Part shown: positions 48,126-61,100 of the stretch, one piece after another | Position numbering within the stretch: position 1 is the stretch's first letter | Layout of the letters: each line of letters starts with the position of its first letter | Assembly (NCBI RefSeq): GCF_964204645.1 | Contig: NC_134030.1 | Location: forward strand, 9,079,222 to 9,143,221 | Length of the DNA stretch: 64,000 nt | Direction of reading: 5' to 3' | DNA from: Tubulanus polymorphus | Taxonomy: Eukaryota; Animalia; Nemertea | Program-made: the position numbers and the translations under genes | The notes under the pieces: model-generated | Databases searched by the model: none | Told to the model about the DNA's origin: nothing | What the model saw: only the letters and a program-made list of their open reading frames with translations

Positions 48126-49505
48126 TCGATTCAACTTCCATTTTGAAATCTGCACCCGACTTCATAGTCGCATATCGGGTGTAAATCAAATCAAATGAAA
48201 GTCAGTCTTGATTCTGCTGCGTAATCGGCACGTACAACGCGCTATACGGCGAAACGAAACGGTTTCGTATCTGTTGACATATCCTGACTTTCGTGAATAG
48301 AAGTTATTTCCGCGATAACAATATCTTTAGGTATCTAAAATAGATCAAGACCTATGTCTATTCAGTATGCGTGATATTATTATTCCATGCCGCTTCATTT
48401 CCTACGGAAGGGCAACGTGTAAGCATGTATGAAATGAGAAATGCCCAGATCGTGTGCAAGGCCATCAGCTTATAGTCGATTTGAAAAATTCGACGAATCA
48501 TTGGAAATGTACTTAATATATAATTCCTTTTAACAACCACGGACGAATTCACCTTTCCCGGGTTTCAGAATAAGCAACTGGACTACTTGATCAATAACTT
48601 ACTACCTATACTATCTAATATCTAATACTTCCGACTAATTGTTAGGCTTAAAATGATACCCTGTTTCTCGGATTCGGCCGGGTCATTAATCACAATGAAA
48701 TTCATCATCAGTTCATTTCTGTAGCTGCCGGGTCTTTTATAGTAAGCTTGATCATGATCTTTTAAAAGTAATGTACCGAGTAGAACGTCGACTTTAAAGC
48801 TCGGCAGAAATAAGAAACAATGTAACAATCTTTTTAGTCTTAATGAACGTATTTATATCAGTGTGTATTCATATCAGTGTGTATCAAATCAAAGTGTTGA
48901 TTTTCTCGAAAACTGAACTGCGTGCAAAATGAACTCATCTCCACCCTAAATAGAAAACAGTCATCTACTCCACCCACCTCCGCATCTCGATGACATTTGA
49001 CTAATCAGTAAACTAGTTTCCGACCATAATTTCAAATTTCACAAATGTCTTTAATGATACGTTTTGTGTTTCTTGTTCCCGAGAGTTGGCAGTGCGACGT
49101 ACTTGATTCGATCTAACAGTACATGTCACGGAATAGGTAAGCAAGCTATTGTCTGGGATTCGGATCAACCGAGGTAACTAACCGCTAGAGCATTAGGTCG
49201 AGTGTTTTCTGTCGTTGTCTTTATTGATCCGTGTGTCATTTGAAAAACAAAAACGAAAAAACAAATTTCTCTTTCTTTGGTAAAATGCTCCGCGAATAGC
49301 CTTCGATATATACTGATTATCCGTTTCCTCGTGGAGAACAATTCATCTTTTTTTCTGGAAGCTAGCCACGACATTTTTTTCAGAAATCGCGCTGGCCGCA
49401 ATCATTGTCGTCAACACTCGGTAAAGCATCTAGACAAAACGGAAAAATCCCGAAAGTCGGAAATCTCAACACACCGAAGAAACGATGTAGTGCGGTCTGA
49501 TGCAT

Positions 49506-49787
49506 GACTCGAACCCGATGGCATCGCTACACCCAGCCAAGTCATGAACCCAGCCACTCCGGGTGAGCAGGTACATGCGCGGGTTTGCGGCAAGAAAACC
49601 GGCGGCACCAGTCAGATTGCCCGTTGTATAATCGCTGAGGCAGTTTCACGGATAAACAATTAATGGAAAAACCCGGGCTAAAATAAAACGGGATATCATC
49701 TAAGCTGCGCATGCAGCTGCGCACTCTGGCTAATAATAGTGGCGAGTCACGATGCGATCGCGTTCGAATCCCTGCCGGGGGACGATG
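49506..49787. mobile_element. Second, left-truncated copy of the 38353-38691 element
   Basis: Colinear internal sequence GCAGGTACATGCGC...GGCGGCACCA(A/G)TCAGATTGC...AAAACCCGGG(A/C)TAAAATAAAACGGG. Confidence 0.75.
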
Positions 49788-50211
49788 GGTTTGAATGAGA
49801 ATGACATTTTGATAATGTGAAAGATCCCTCGACACTTCGGTTTTCCTGAATCCCGACTCCTACACGCGTTTGAAGTAACTATACGACACTATCCTGGAGA
49901 AAAAAGCTTATGAATCACAAAATCGTCCTACTCACGCCGGATTATATACGGGCTATTAATAAAGATTACCGGCGTCTGGTGGGAGGTAGCGGAGAGTTGA
50001 TATCTATCTATAGAGCACAAGTATTCGAAAGCTCCTACCGGTTATAAAACAACGTTGTCCCATCGAGGCGATGAGAGATCGGATGAATAAATACATTCTG
50101 TAAACTGAAAAAGCTTAGAAACCTTAATTAGACTAAATACTTTGAGGATAAATTCATAAAAACGCCCTTTCATGTATAAATACGGCGACTGGTGTTGCCC
50201 TCGACGTTTTA

Positions 50212-50242
<31 letters not shown>

Positions 50243-50245
<3 letters not shown>

Positions 50246-50372
50246 TGGCTTTTACGACCAGGGGGGCCCGTTTGACTAGGAGAAAAAACTCTATTATATA
50301 TATATATATATATATATATAATAGAGTTTTTTCTCCTAGTCAAACGGGCCCCCCTGGTCGTAAAAGCCAGTC
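50243..50372. repeat. Perfect 130-bp palindrome centred on (TA)13, next to another (TA)n tract
   Basis: 52-bp arm GACTGGCTTTTACGACCAGGGGGGCCCGTTTGACTAGGAGAAAAAACTCTAT, then (TA)13, then its exact reverse complement. Confidence 0.95.
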
Positions 50373-51451
50373 AATGAACATCATTCAACATTCTGTTCTT
50401 CTGACAGACTTGTTTTGGCTGACGAGGGATTAATAAAGATCACTAAACCCCCGTGGGATTTCGACGACTTTCTTCGACAAAAAGAAAAAAAAACGACGGA
50501 AAATTCGGGAAACGACTTTTGATTTAATTTAAGAGTATATCACCGCTACACATTACAAAATCCACTTCGGGTCACAGTCAGCTTGAAATACTTAAATTAG
50601 CTCCAAGGGAGGGACAAACGACTACGAACGATGCAGTAGGCTATGTGTGACCCTGGTCAAGGCAGATTAGAATTGATTTTCATTAATATTTCAATGAAAA
50701 TCAAGCTCACCTTTTAACATGGATAAATGACACAGAAAGAAGTCTTTTTACTTTATCTATGAATTATTTCAATCTAATTTGTTTTCATAAAAATTTCATG
50801 ACGACGAAGCAGTAATCTTAGCGACTTATAATTAATTCATATATGACTAGATATTCGATCTTTTGAGCACGTATATTAAAAATCAACTAGCAACGAAAGC
50901 ACATAAAGATTTATTTCTGTCAAAAGGCTGTCGGCATCTTAAATCGTCGGTGTGATGCGTAATTTACACTGTTTCATAACGTAAACAATTACATTCGGTA
51001 ATAGGTGTTATTTGTGGAAACGAGGAGCGTAGTATTTAGCGCCTAATATATAACACGTTCAAACTACTTGTAGTAGGTATATAAATGTATATATATGCGT
51101 CCTATATCTTCGGGTTGGACCTCTGTAATTCTGATAACAAGCTGTCGACATCTTTAATCACCAGTATACATGTATAATTTAAACCGTCTCATTTACGTCA
51201 ACAATTACATTCGATAATCAGCAGTATCTGCGTAATTTGAGGAACCGATAAGGTGATACTTAGTGCCTAACATTTCATGTGATAAATATGTAATATATGT
51301 CATCTGTGACACCGGTGCTGAGCGCTCGTGTTACATAATATTTTGGTTGGTTTTGGTTGCCTTAATTGATATGGGCTCTAAACAATTTCAGAGTCCGGTT
51401 TTACGAAAGAAACCATGTGGGGAGATGGATAGATTGAGAGATGGAATGACG

Positions 51452-51456
<5 letters not shown>

Positions 51457-51494
<38 letters not shown>

Positions 51495-51581
51495 AGGGAG
51501 GGAGGGAGGGAGGGAGGGAGGGAGGGAGGGAGGGAGGGAGGGAGGGAGGGAGGGAGGGAGGGAGGGAGGGAGGGAGGGAGG

Positions 51582-51663
<82 letters not shown>
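51457..51663. repeat. Compound purine microsatellite (AG)n-(AGGG)n-(AG)n
   Basis: Directly visible in the sequence. Confidence 0.97.
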
Positions 51664-51667
<4 letters not shown>

Positions 51668-54541
51668 AGGGGCCCGCCTACTATCTACCCACCTACGCGC
51701 CGTGTAACACGCAAACATTCATTAACGAATAGCTCATTTGAACCCCCAAGTTGAAATATTGTTAATCCACAATAGTAAAAATGGTTCTTTTTAAGAGTCA
51801 TTGAAATATACGTCTCGTCTCGAGGCAATTGATAATGACTTTTAGTGGATTCCCCACGCAGACGAGACGTATTTCCTGTCATTCTTTGATATTTGTCATC
51901 GACGGAAATTATTTCAAATCGACCTGTTTTATCGCGGGAGAGTGCGAAATCTTGTTCTCGTTTAAAACGATTTCATACTGGTCTCGACGCGATCAAAGGG
52001 AGGAATTTACTCGCGGAAAAAGTCGATATTCCCGGAAACTCGGCGAAAAACATAGATGACTCCGACTCAGAAATTGATTCGTGTCACTTCTCAATATATG
52101 TACTTTCTTTTCCATAGCTTTTAGTTGTACAACGGTAGATTTGAGTGACACGGATCGCGTGGGCAGCTGGTATTTTGAAAAGTATCAATTCTTTTATTTA
52201 CGGTTATGAAATCGTATTCTTAACTTCGTATTTTGAGAGGGCATGATCTTTTGAGATTCCCACACACGTACGGCGATTATTCGGGGTAGAAATGAACTCC
52301 TATATAAATTATCTGATATATCTTATTTGATCTAGAACAAAGGTCTTCGTGCGACGTTTTACCAATCCTACTATCATTTGTGATGATAATGACGACGACG
52401 ATGAACGCGATTTATGCAGAAATCCCCCGCTAAAAGGTTTTCAAAGTAATTCATATGTGTTCCGACCAAATGAATATGTTTATCTTTAAAACGTTTTTCC
52501 CTAATCGAGCAACGAAGTTTTCCATCCCAAAATGACATACATTTCCTACGGCTGTTTCTTATATAGTATTTCTTTTTTCGTATATCGCCTCTTTGATATG
52601 TTCTATTCGTAAATCAGGCTTCATTCGAATTCGCCGGGATCAATCAAATAATCAACAAGACATCGTTTTTATAGCGCGATCGGCGTTTAAGAAAGTTATT
52701 CTTAATATACGTGACACACGTATTCTATCCTATAATAGCTAATCTCTTATTGAGAGTATGGATGGAGATGAAAAGAAATGGAACCGTCTCTATTTCCCTT
52801 TCTCTTTACGTTTGAACCCGCGGGAATTTTCCGTCGGTAGCGACGTATCGAATGGTATCAAAGATAAACACGGTCGCACCTACGTAAGGCGATGAGGCCT
52901 CAACGCACTGGAAATTACAAGTCGGTCTCTCATTTCACCTGAGAGCCTTCGCTTCAAAAGCGGCTAAAAATTCTGAGCTAGCTATACGGCGTACACGATA
53001 CCTTCCAACGCAATGTGACGAGGGAATATATCGAAGTGAAAATCTTACAGCGAAAACGACCCCCGCTTTCTACCGATCGTTTATCGAGACATCAAAGCTC
53101 GTATAGCGAGGTACATGAAACCGTTTCAGCTAATTGGTGACGATTTTATTCGTGAAGATTTCCAACCGTTTTACACATCTCTTTCGCAGTCTATTTCGCT
53201 CCCGTTTTCAGGGACGAGCGGTATACGGTTAATGTCGTTATCGCGGACTCGGAAGTTACTGTCTCATCGACATCAAAGTTTTCTGAATATTTTATGTCGA
53301 AAATCAGATAGCTGGTGTGCCACGCGCGCCGCCGTTTTCTACAGGTTTCGGCCCTGTATTTCAGGAAAGATTCAATCGCTGACGGTTCTAATTACTGCAG
53401 TGATCCCGAACCCGAGCGATATCACTCGAAACCTCCATAACATCGGAAATACGTAAAGATGATTTATAATTATTTGAATAGAATTACGTAGATTCATCTA
53501 TTCAGTGGAAGTTGACTTATTAGAATCACGTATTAACTCTCCTCTCAGGACCGCAGTACCGAGCACGTACCCCGAATTTTGGGGAGGGAAGATGCCTGAA
53601 AAATGGCATTTCTATTGGATATAACAATTATATTTGCAAAATGGGCACCTTCCCAAAATTCCTAGGGTGCAACTAGGTCCCTCCTGTCGCTCTTTCAGCT
53701 GGTGCCGCCTCCTGGGCGCGGATGAGCGATTGTCCCACACGCTCGGGAGGATCTGTCTGCCACCATCACGACTCAACGATGAATTTCTTTAATATATGAT
53801 CAATCGATAAAACGAAAACAAAAACAAATCAACTCCCCGTCAAACCCTGGATGATATCAAAGTTTTCACTTCTAACGCGCATGCACTCATCCAGACTAGT
53901 GTTTATCGTGGTGATGCTGTCAAATGGTCGTCCGTCGGATCACGTGACCGAGCAAAGAGAGACGATCTGTGTAATTTCTGTCATTCGGTTACTACTGCGG
54001 TGACGTCATCGAACAAGCGTATGATTACTGGTAAATAGCCATCCGGTAGACGTCGCGTGAATATATATTGCCGAGTAGTAAATTACGGTAATAAATACAT
54101 CAGGCGGATGCAGGAATGCGTTACGACCACGCCATAACGTCGACGCTAACCACCAATCGGGAATATGATTTACGCTTCGTAACTATGTGTCATTGTTGCG
54201 CGTAGATTTAATGACAATTGATGGCACTCGAGCGACGCAACAGTAAACATCGGCGACAAGTTCAAAAACGGCCTCGTAAAAGCCAATTCAAACAAAGAAT
54301 AAATCAGTCATTCGGCTAGATAAACGACAATACTACCCTCAAATCTACGCTACTATTATCAGCTGCAAATAAAATATTGTTTGTGTCTTGCGCCCAGATG
54401 TGATTTAGGAGCCTATTTCTTCGCTCGAACTAAATCCCAACACACATCGAATTGAACGCCATCGAACGCCGAGTTCAGATAGCAAGTTTCGTCCAAACAA
54501 CGACGAACTTTTGGAATTATTTATGCATCGAAATATGAATA

Positions 54542-54735
54542 AGCCGCGATCACACGAGCGTTTATGGCCGATGTCTGTTTGGCCAAACTAAAACCAGTCC
54601 CGAGCCAAATCTTAGCACAAATCATATTGCGCGTGAATTGTAACTGGTTCCGGAAGTGACGCACTTCGCGTTGTTTAAGCATTGTTTCGAATCGGGCCTG
54701 ATCCGTTTCAATTTGGCCGGGGCCAAATCGTCTCC
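54542..54735. mobile_element. MITE-like repeat, copy 2
   Basis: Similar to 47902-48125. Confidence 0.55.
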
Positions 54736-56399
54736 GTATTATTGCCGCTATATTTGTGTATCTTCAGAGTACGAGAGCCATGTTTCATACCTGGGCTTGA
54801 AGTATGAATACACGTAGACATACGAAGATAATATATTCATGTCATTTGACTGGAAGTGATGGTATATATTGTTTGATGATGATGACGAAAAAAGAAGAAT
54901 ATAGATATTTATATATACAATACAAGGTTATGTTTATATTCATATTAGATATATGTACATGGTTGTATAGTGTATTAGAACGCACGACTGAGTAACTTAA
55001 AACGCTTGTCCTATATGCCGACTTATCAACCACTGCGTCGGCGTGCATTTTTTAACGTTCACTTAGCACCGAGGTTATTTCACATGGTACCCACGTACAG
55101 CAGACACGACAATGGACAGACGAGAGATTTTTCCATATCGACGGTTCCTGACATTTCCCCCGTGGCGAAATTTTTATCCACGGTATAGAAAGAAAAAAAA
55201 AACTAGCGTGTGCAATACAAGCAGCGGGCAACGTAATTTCCTTGAGAAAATGTCGCGGGAAACAAATTGAATCTACGCGCAGACGTTTGTGATCCTTTTC
55301 TACAGGATATGTTGACCGTATCGCTGACTGATAAAAAATAAATATCAGAAGTCAGAAGCGACAGCTAACTTTCGGTTTTCTGCGTATACAAAAGCGATGC
55401 TTGACTTTTGTTGTAATACGAACAACTTCAGAAATGTGGGACGAAATTGTAAAACGATATACGGCGGTACACCCTGGGAAAGGGAAACGCCGTTATTAGA
55501 TATGTTAGGTGGATTTTAGTCGAACGTCTAGACGATTCGTAAGCCGATACCGGGGCTATATTGACATGGGACGATTAGATTCTTTTCTGTTGTCGACGTA
55601 TGACAATTATATAAATATGAATTGCGAAGACGAAATTGCGAGCGATGTACCATTTGGTTATTTTGTTGGCCGGCTGTTGGCGACAGATAATCAAAATGAA
55701 TTGATAGGCATTTGATGAAACTTTTGCATATTGCTATACAGAGAAGTTTCGTTTCTCTGTAAGCGCGTGGCGGTTCGATATGAATGTAATCGCGTAGACT
55801 ATTGTTAATCAAAGGGAACAGAGCAGAATTGACCATGGGTCATCATCGTTGCATATTGCATTTTGAAGTCGACAAGCTGACAGCGTCGACATATAGAAAA
55901 AAGTCTTTAAGATGAGAACGTTGAAAGGATCTCGCTTGTTTTCCGTGCCAACAACAACGCGAGTGTCACTAACATAAATGGCTTCGATCCGAAGTGTTTG
56001 ATATTGGTAAGATAATAATATTTTCGTCGACGTCGGCGCGTATATAAGGTCAAACATCTTTTCGTGTTCATCAAGCGACGGATGTTCGTTCGCGTCGGTG
56101 GATCAGACGAGAGTGCAGATAAAAAGAGAAAAAATTACCGACGATCACACGTTCCGAGATAAGTAATGGGTAAATACATAATGCACCTTTCGTATTCACT
56201 CTTCTCCGGATTTGGAACATTGATCCTTCCGTATTCACGAGCGATTGTTAGTTTGTCATCGAAAGTCAGTTCGCACAAATTAATCCCCCGATTCAGAAAG
56301 ATCTCGATGACACGAAAGTGCATTGTATTTTATTTTAGTCCAATTCGAAATGTCGAATAACTTTCGACTTTCGACTTAATGCTTTTACTTCAAACTCGA

Positions 56400-56790
56400 A
56401 GCAGGTTTTTGACGCCGTAAAAACCGTTACAATGATGTTTATATACACATGCGTCATTTAAGTGGTTATGTGCGTGTCGATGTGCACTACGTCATCAGTA
56501 TTTGGCGTTTAAAAATTACAATTACAATAATGAATTTGTCGTTTATTTTGTTGTTGAAAATATTTCGCAACTCTTATCTTATCTCTGATAAATTTTGATA
56601 ATTATACCAATATCCCAGACTGGCTAGACTGGTAACCGGTCGACTCAATTCACTTATCGATATTCATTTTCAACCAAAAATAAGTTCATTGTTCGTTAAT
56701 AATGCATAATTCAACTGTAAAATGGTTTATTACGCAATATGTGTTATTTTTTTTCTTCAAGGTGTCATAAAACTTTACAGTTAGGTTTCT
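56400..56790 (+). repeat. Copy of the dispersed ~400-450 bp repeat family
   Basis: Colinear with 57765-58190 (ACCGTTACAAT, TCGATGTGCACTACGTCATCAGTATT, CTAGACTGGT..CCGGTC, ATATGTGTTATTTTT). Confidence 0.75.
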
Positions 56791-57764
56791 TAATCACGTG
56801 TAGGCGGTATATAGATTCGGTAATATTATTCAAGCATTTCAAAGTCATCCCTTGTACAAATTAAGGCGGATTGAATCAAGCACCAATCAAAAGAATCACG
56901 AAGGAATAGAATCATCAATAGTTTCTATCTATCAAAACATTACGGTGTTGATTTGTTGGTATTCCGTCAACTTTCACGAATGACATCACGGCAAATTATC
57001 AACGCTATGTATAAACTGCCTTAGACATGAGCAAAATGTATAGGGGCACTTAAACGAATTGCAATAACTTGAAAATCATTATCAGTATGTGTTTAGGGTG
57101 TGAAATCAGCTGCTCGCTTTTTCTGATATCATCTCTATATAAGGCCATTACATCAACAACCAGACTTTTTATCACTGATCATGCGCACGCGTCGGAGCTG
57201 ATTTCGTCGTGGTAATTTCAACACGGTCGTTCGGTCGGTTACCGAGCGTTTAGTGCATGAAAGCGATACGTCAAAATAACTCGACGAAAACAAAGAAACT
57301 TAAACTCGTCATTAGAAAACGATCGATCATTGAGGCGAAAATCGATAGCGATTCTTCTCGAATGTCTTCATACTTTCCCTTGCGTTTCCAGCGCAACTTC
57401 AAACTAAAACCATACGCGGATTGCTCGTTGCAATATTAAGGATCTTGGATTCATGATCTAGGATCTTCAACAATTATATTTCTATATTCAAATTTTTGTT
57501 TTTTTAAATATTTGATTATTATTCAGTAATTCTTGAATAACACATTTCATGGTTGTAGGTGAATATCTTCTAGATGAAAATCCCATTTCATGTCAAGTAC
57601 AAAGATTATTCAGATGTGACGGGGTCAACGATTCTATTTCTAAGTATAGCAACTTGTTGTTTTGTGTAGAATTGTATTTGTCAGGCGTGTTTGTAAAGTA
57701 ATTACATGTAGTTGTATGCCTTCACTGTGTTTGTTTATGACATTGTCTACGCACCGCCTGTCAC

Positions 57765-58190
57765 CTATGGTTTCGACGTCGTAACAACCGTTACAATAAT
57801 GTTTAGATACATTGATACCTAGTGTGCGTTATTTAGGGGGTTCTATGTGAATCGATGTGCACTACGTCATCAGTATTGGCGTCTCAAAATGACAATCACA
57901 ATTGTTAATTTTGACGTGTATTTTGTAATAAAATATATTACATAACTCTTATTTCATGTTTTGATAATTTTCAATAATCATCTTTGAGAGACTGTGCACT
58001 ACGTCATCAATATATCGGAGCTAGACTGGTTGCCGGTCAATTCAATTCAATTATCGATATAATCAAATCCAAAATAACTTTATTGATCCTTAAAATTATA
58101 CTATAATTCATATCGTATCATTCGTTGTCGACAATATTAAGCGATATGTGTTATTTTTCAAGGCGTCAATAAACTTTCAAGTTAGTTTTA
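57765..58190 (+). repeat. Copy of the dispersed ~400-450 bp repeat family
   Basis: Colinear with 56400-56790. Confidence 0.75.
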
Positions 58191-61100
58191 TGTTACTATG
58201 CATGCGCGAAGATTATATAAGGCACAGAAGAGATTTAAATCACTTAGATAGAGACACTAACAGAGGTATTTGTTTCGGTTGACACCCGGCCAAGCATTTG
58301 AATAAAGATATTTTTTGTCGAGCGAGTAAAAAAAATTCTAGTTATTTTATGTAAGTTCAAATTTCTATCTTCGATAGGATATTCAATATTCTTAATGCGC
58401 TATAGATTGATCCATTTCAATGCGCGGGGTATAATTTGATTAAACGAAAACTGAACTCGACGTATATCGATCGTCGTTTCATCGCGTGTTTTGGAAACGC
58501 GCGTGTTTTAGTACGTGGTTAATCGAGCGAGCTGATTTGTCTGAATCTGTTGGATATTCGGCGATTGCCGGAAACATTAAGAACCGGAAACATGTTATTT
58601 TCACGGCCAGTTAGACACCCCGGCTCCGTTTATGCTTTAAAATTTCGTTTTTAATGAGTAATTTCATTTATCGCGGACATATTTCAATATTCAATCAGAT
58701 GCAAATGGGAAATCGAGAATTGAAACGCAGTATGTACATATCGTGCGTTGAAGATGGTAATTCGCACGCAACACTGTTTCTGTTGGCTCCCTCACTTAGC
58801 CATAAATGTCGAGTCGTATTTTTAAGACGCAACGAAAATAATGGGTTTTTTATTTTACCAAATGGGAAATCAATAAACCGTTAAGGTAAGTGACCTAAAT
58901 GGCTTAGTTCTATGGCAAATCTTACGACTCAAGTCTTAAGACTACTTTTGGACTTAAGTCAAGACTATGCAACTGGGTCCTATAGCTGGTTCTTTAGTCA
59001 TGGCTTACACTAAAGAAATGTATAAGTCGAGACCGACTTAGTTCTATAGCAAATCTAACAACTTCTAGTATTCTTTAGACTCAAAACCTCTTTTCGACTT
59101 AGGTCTCGACTATGGAACCGGCCCCCGTGCTCGGCATTTTATAGTTACTCACAGAAGCTCGTTTTCTATAACAACTTGTTGTTGAATAGTATTTAAACCC
59201 GACTTTTAACCAGAATATGCTAAACAAATCCCAGCCCGACATTTCACCGTTTAGGTAATTCAAATCGTTTCCCCTCGCTAGAAAAAAAACCGTACGCAAA
59301 TGAGAGCATCCGCACGGTTCTGCTGCTTCGCTTCGTCACGGAAATATACGACAAAACGATACTTCATCGACTGGGCTGGCTAATGTACGGATCGATTCGT
59401 TTCTCATTGCATTTAAGCATTCTTGACGTGTGCTATTAAGATATCAAGATAACAAATAAGCCGAAAGACATTTTTCTCAAATATTCGACAGACAACACTT
59501 CATTTTCGACGTTTTCATTTGATTAGCGTAATTTCGGTTCCATTATTGCTCTCATTATTCAAGGCGTATTTATAATGCGCGTCGAGAAACTCGGAGCTTT
59601 TATCGCGAATTGCACTGACGACGACGGAGTTTTCCGAGTGATTTTTTTTCAATCCATTTTCAAGCATTTCACCAGAGTCCTAAATCGAGGAAAAAACCTA
59701 ACATAGATTCTCATGATACGAGGTTTCGAGTTCGTTGGTTAATAATTTTACAGATTTATCGTGACAATTAATTCAAGTCAGATGTTTAAAGGGATAATCA
59801 AAATCGAAGTATCAATTACTATACTGTATATCTGTTATATTTATGATGTTATCATAGCCTACTATCTTTATTCAATCAGATTTTAGAATAATGAAAATTG
59901 AGAATGATATCGTTGTACTTGTTGATGGTTGATGATAACGCCATCGCGTTCAAGTTTGCTTGCGGGAATATACCCTACCAATGTATCGAATGTATCAAAT
60001 GTCTTGAAACTCCAACGAAATAAATTAGGCTTTTGTATCAAAGGGTTTCTGCTCGAAATGTTGGGCTCGTGCTTTAAACGTTATTGGACTTTCAAGGTTA
60101 AATATGCGAATGTTTTTTCTTTGTGAAATATATTTTAACGAAACAAACGTCTTTTCGGCTGCTTGTCTGTTCTTCGTTAGATTTCCGATGTTGCGGGCTA
60201 CGGATCTACGGATCTAACGAGTTCTTAAATGGAATTATACACGTATGTATGATGTAGCAGATCAGAACACTGGAAACAAAAGATGGCAGATGGCATCACT
60301 GATTGTATAAACATACGAAAGAATAACGGAATGAATAACCTTTATAGTTGCAGCTTTTATATCGGTTAAAAACAAATCATCAAGATTTCAATTTTTATGA
60401 AAATAGCTCCGCTCTCTATACCTGGTATATATGTAAACTTCATTGTTTAAAAGTTCTAAAGACATCACAAGCAAATTCATCTTATATGAGTCTTGTTGAT
60501 ATTTGGTAAGAACATGACAGACGGAATGTCTAAACTTGCAACTCCTGTCAATCTCCGGAATATAATAGAAGCGACCACAGGTTTCAGCCAGAACTCATAA
60601 AATATTCAAAATGCCTTGCAGGTATCATATCCTACTTCTTTTTTGTCGTCGAACATTTTTTTGTGATCGTCTCGCGCTCGAGCATAAAAGTTTCATTTCC
60701 CTTGCATTTCGGCGCCACCTGCGCGGACCACGAATCGGACCAACGCTTCCGGTTTCGCGTCTGGTCTAATTTCAGCATGGATTCTGGGATTTTGAACTCG
60801 AATGCGATTATTTAGCACAGGAACTATCATGCTTTTTTTCTAGTTCATGCAATTCGATTTTTAGTGACCGTTGGAATTTGACGAATGTCAGATGATCCGC
60901 AGAATAGATCTTTGTTTGTAATTAGAAAATTCTTCCGGGCCAACAATTTCAGACTGACGAATCTTTCGAAAACGTTTACGCTCAACGGGTATGGAGTAAT
61001 ATGTCTAGCCATTTGACATTGAATAGTTTTCCTCGGAAAAATTAACGAATATAGATATATTCTACTACCAAAGGGATGCTTTGAAGTGAATACGCTAATG

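Noticed and set aside
51263-51754. ORFs with ER/GGRE and SL/PPSL repeats
   Set aside because: Translations of the microsatellite.
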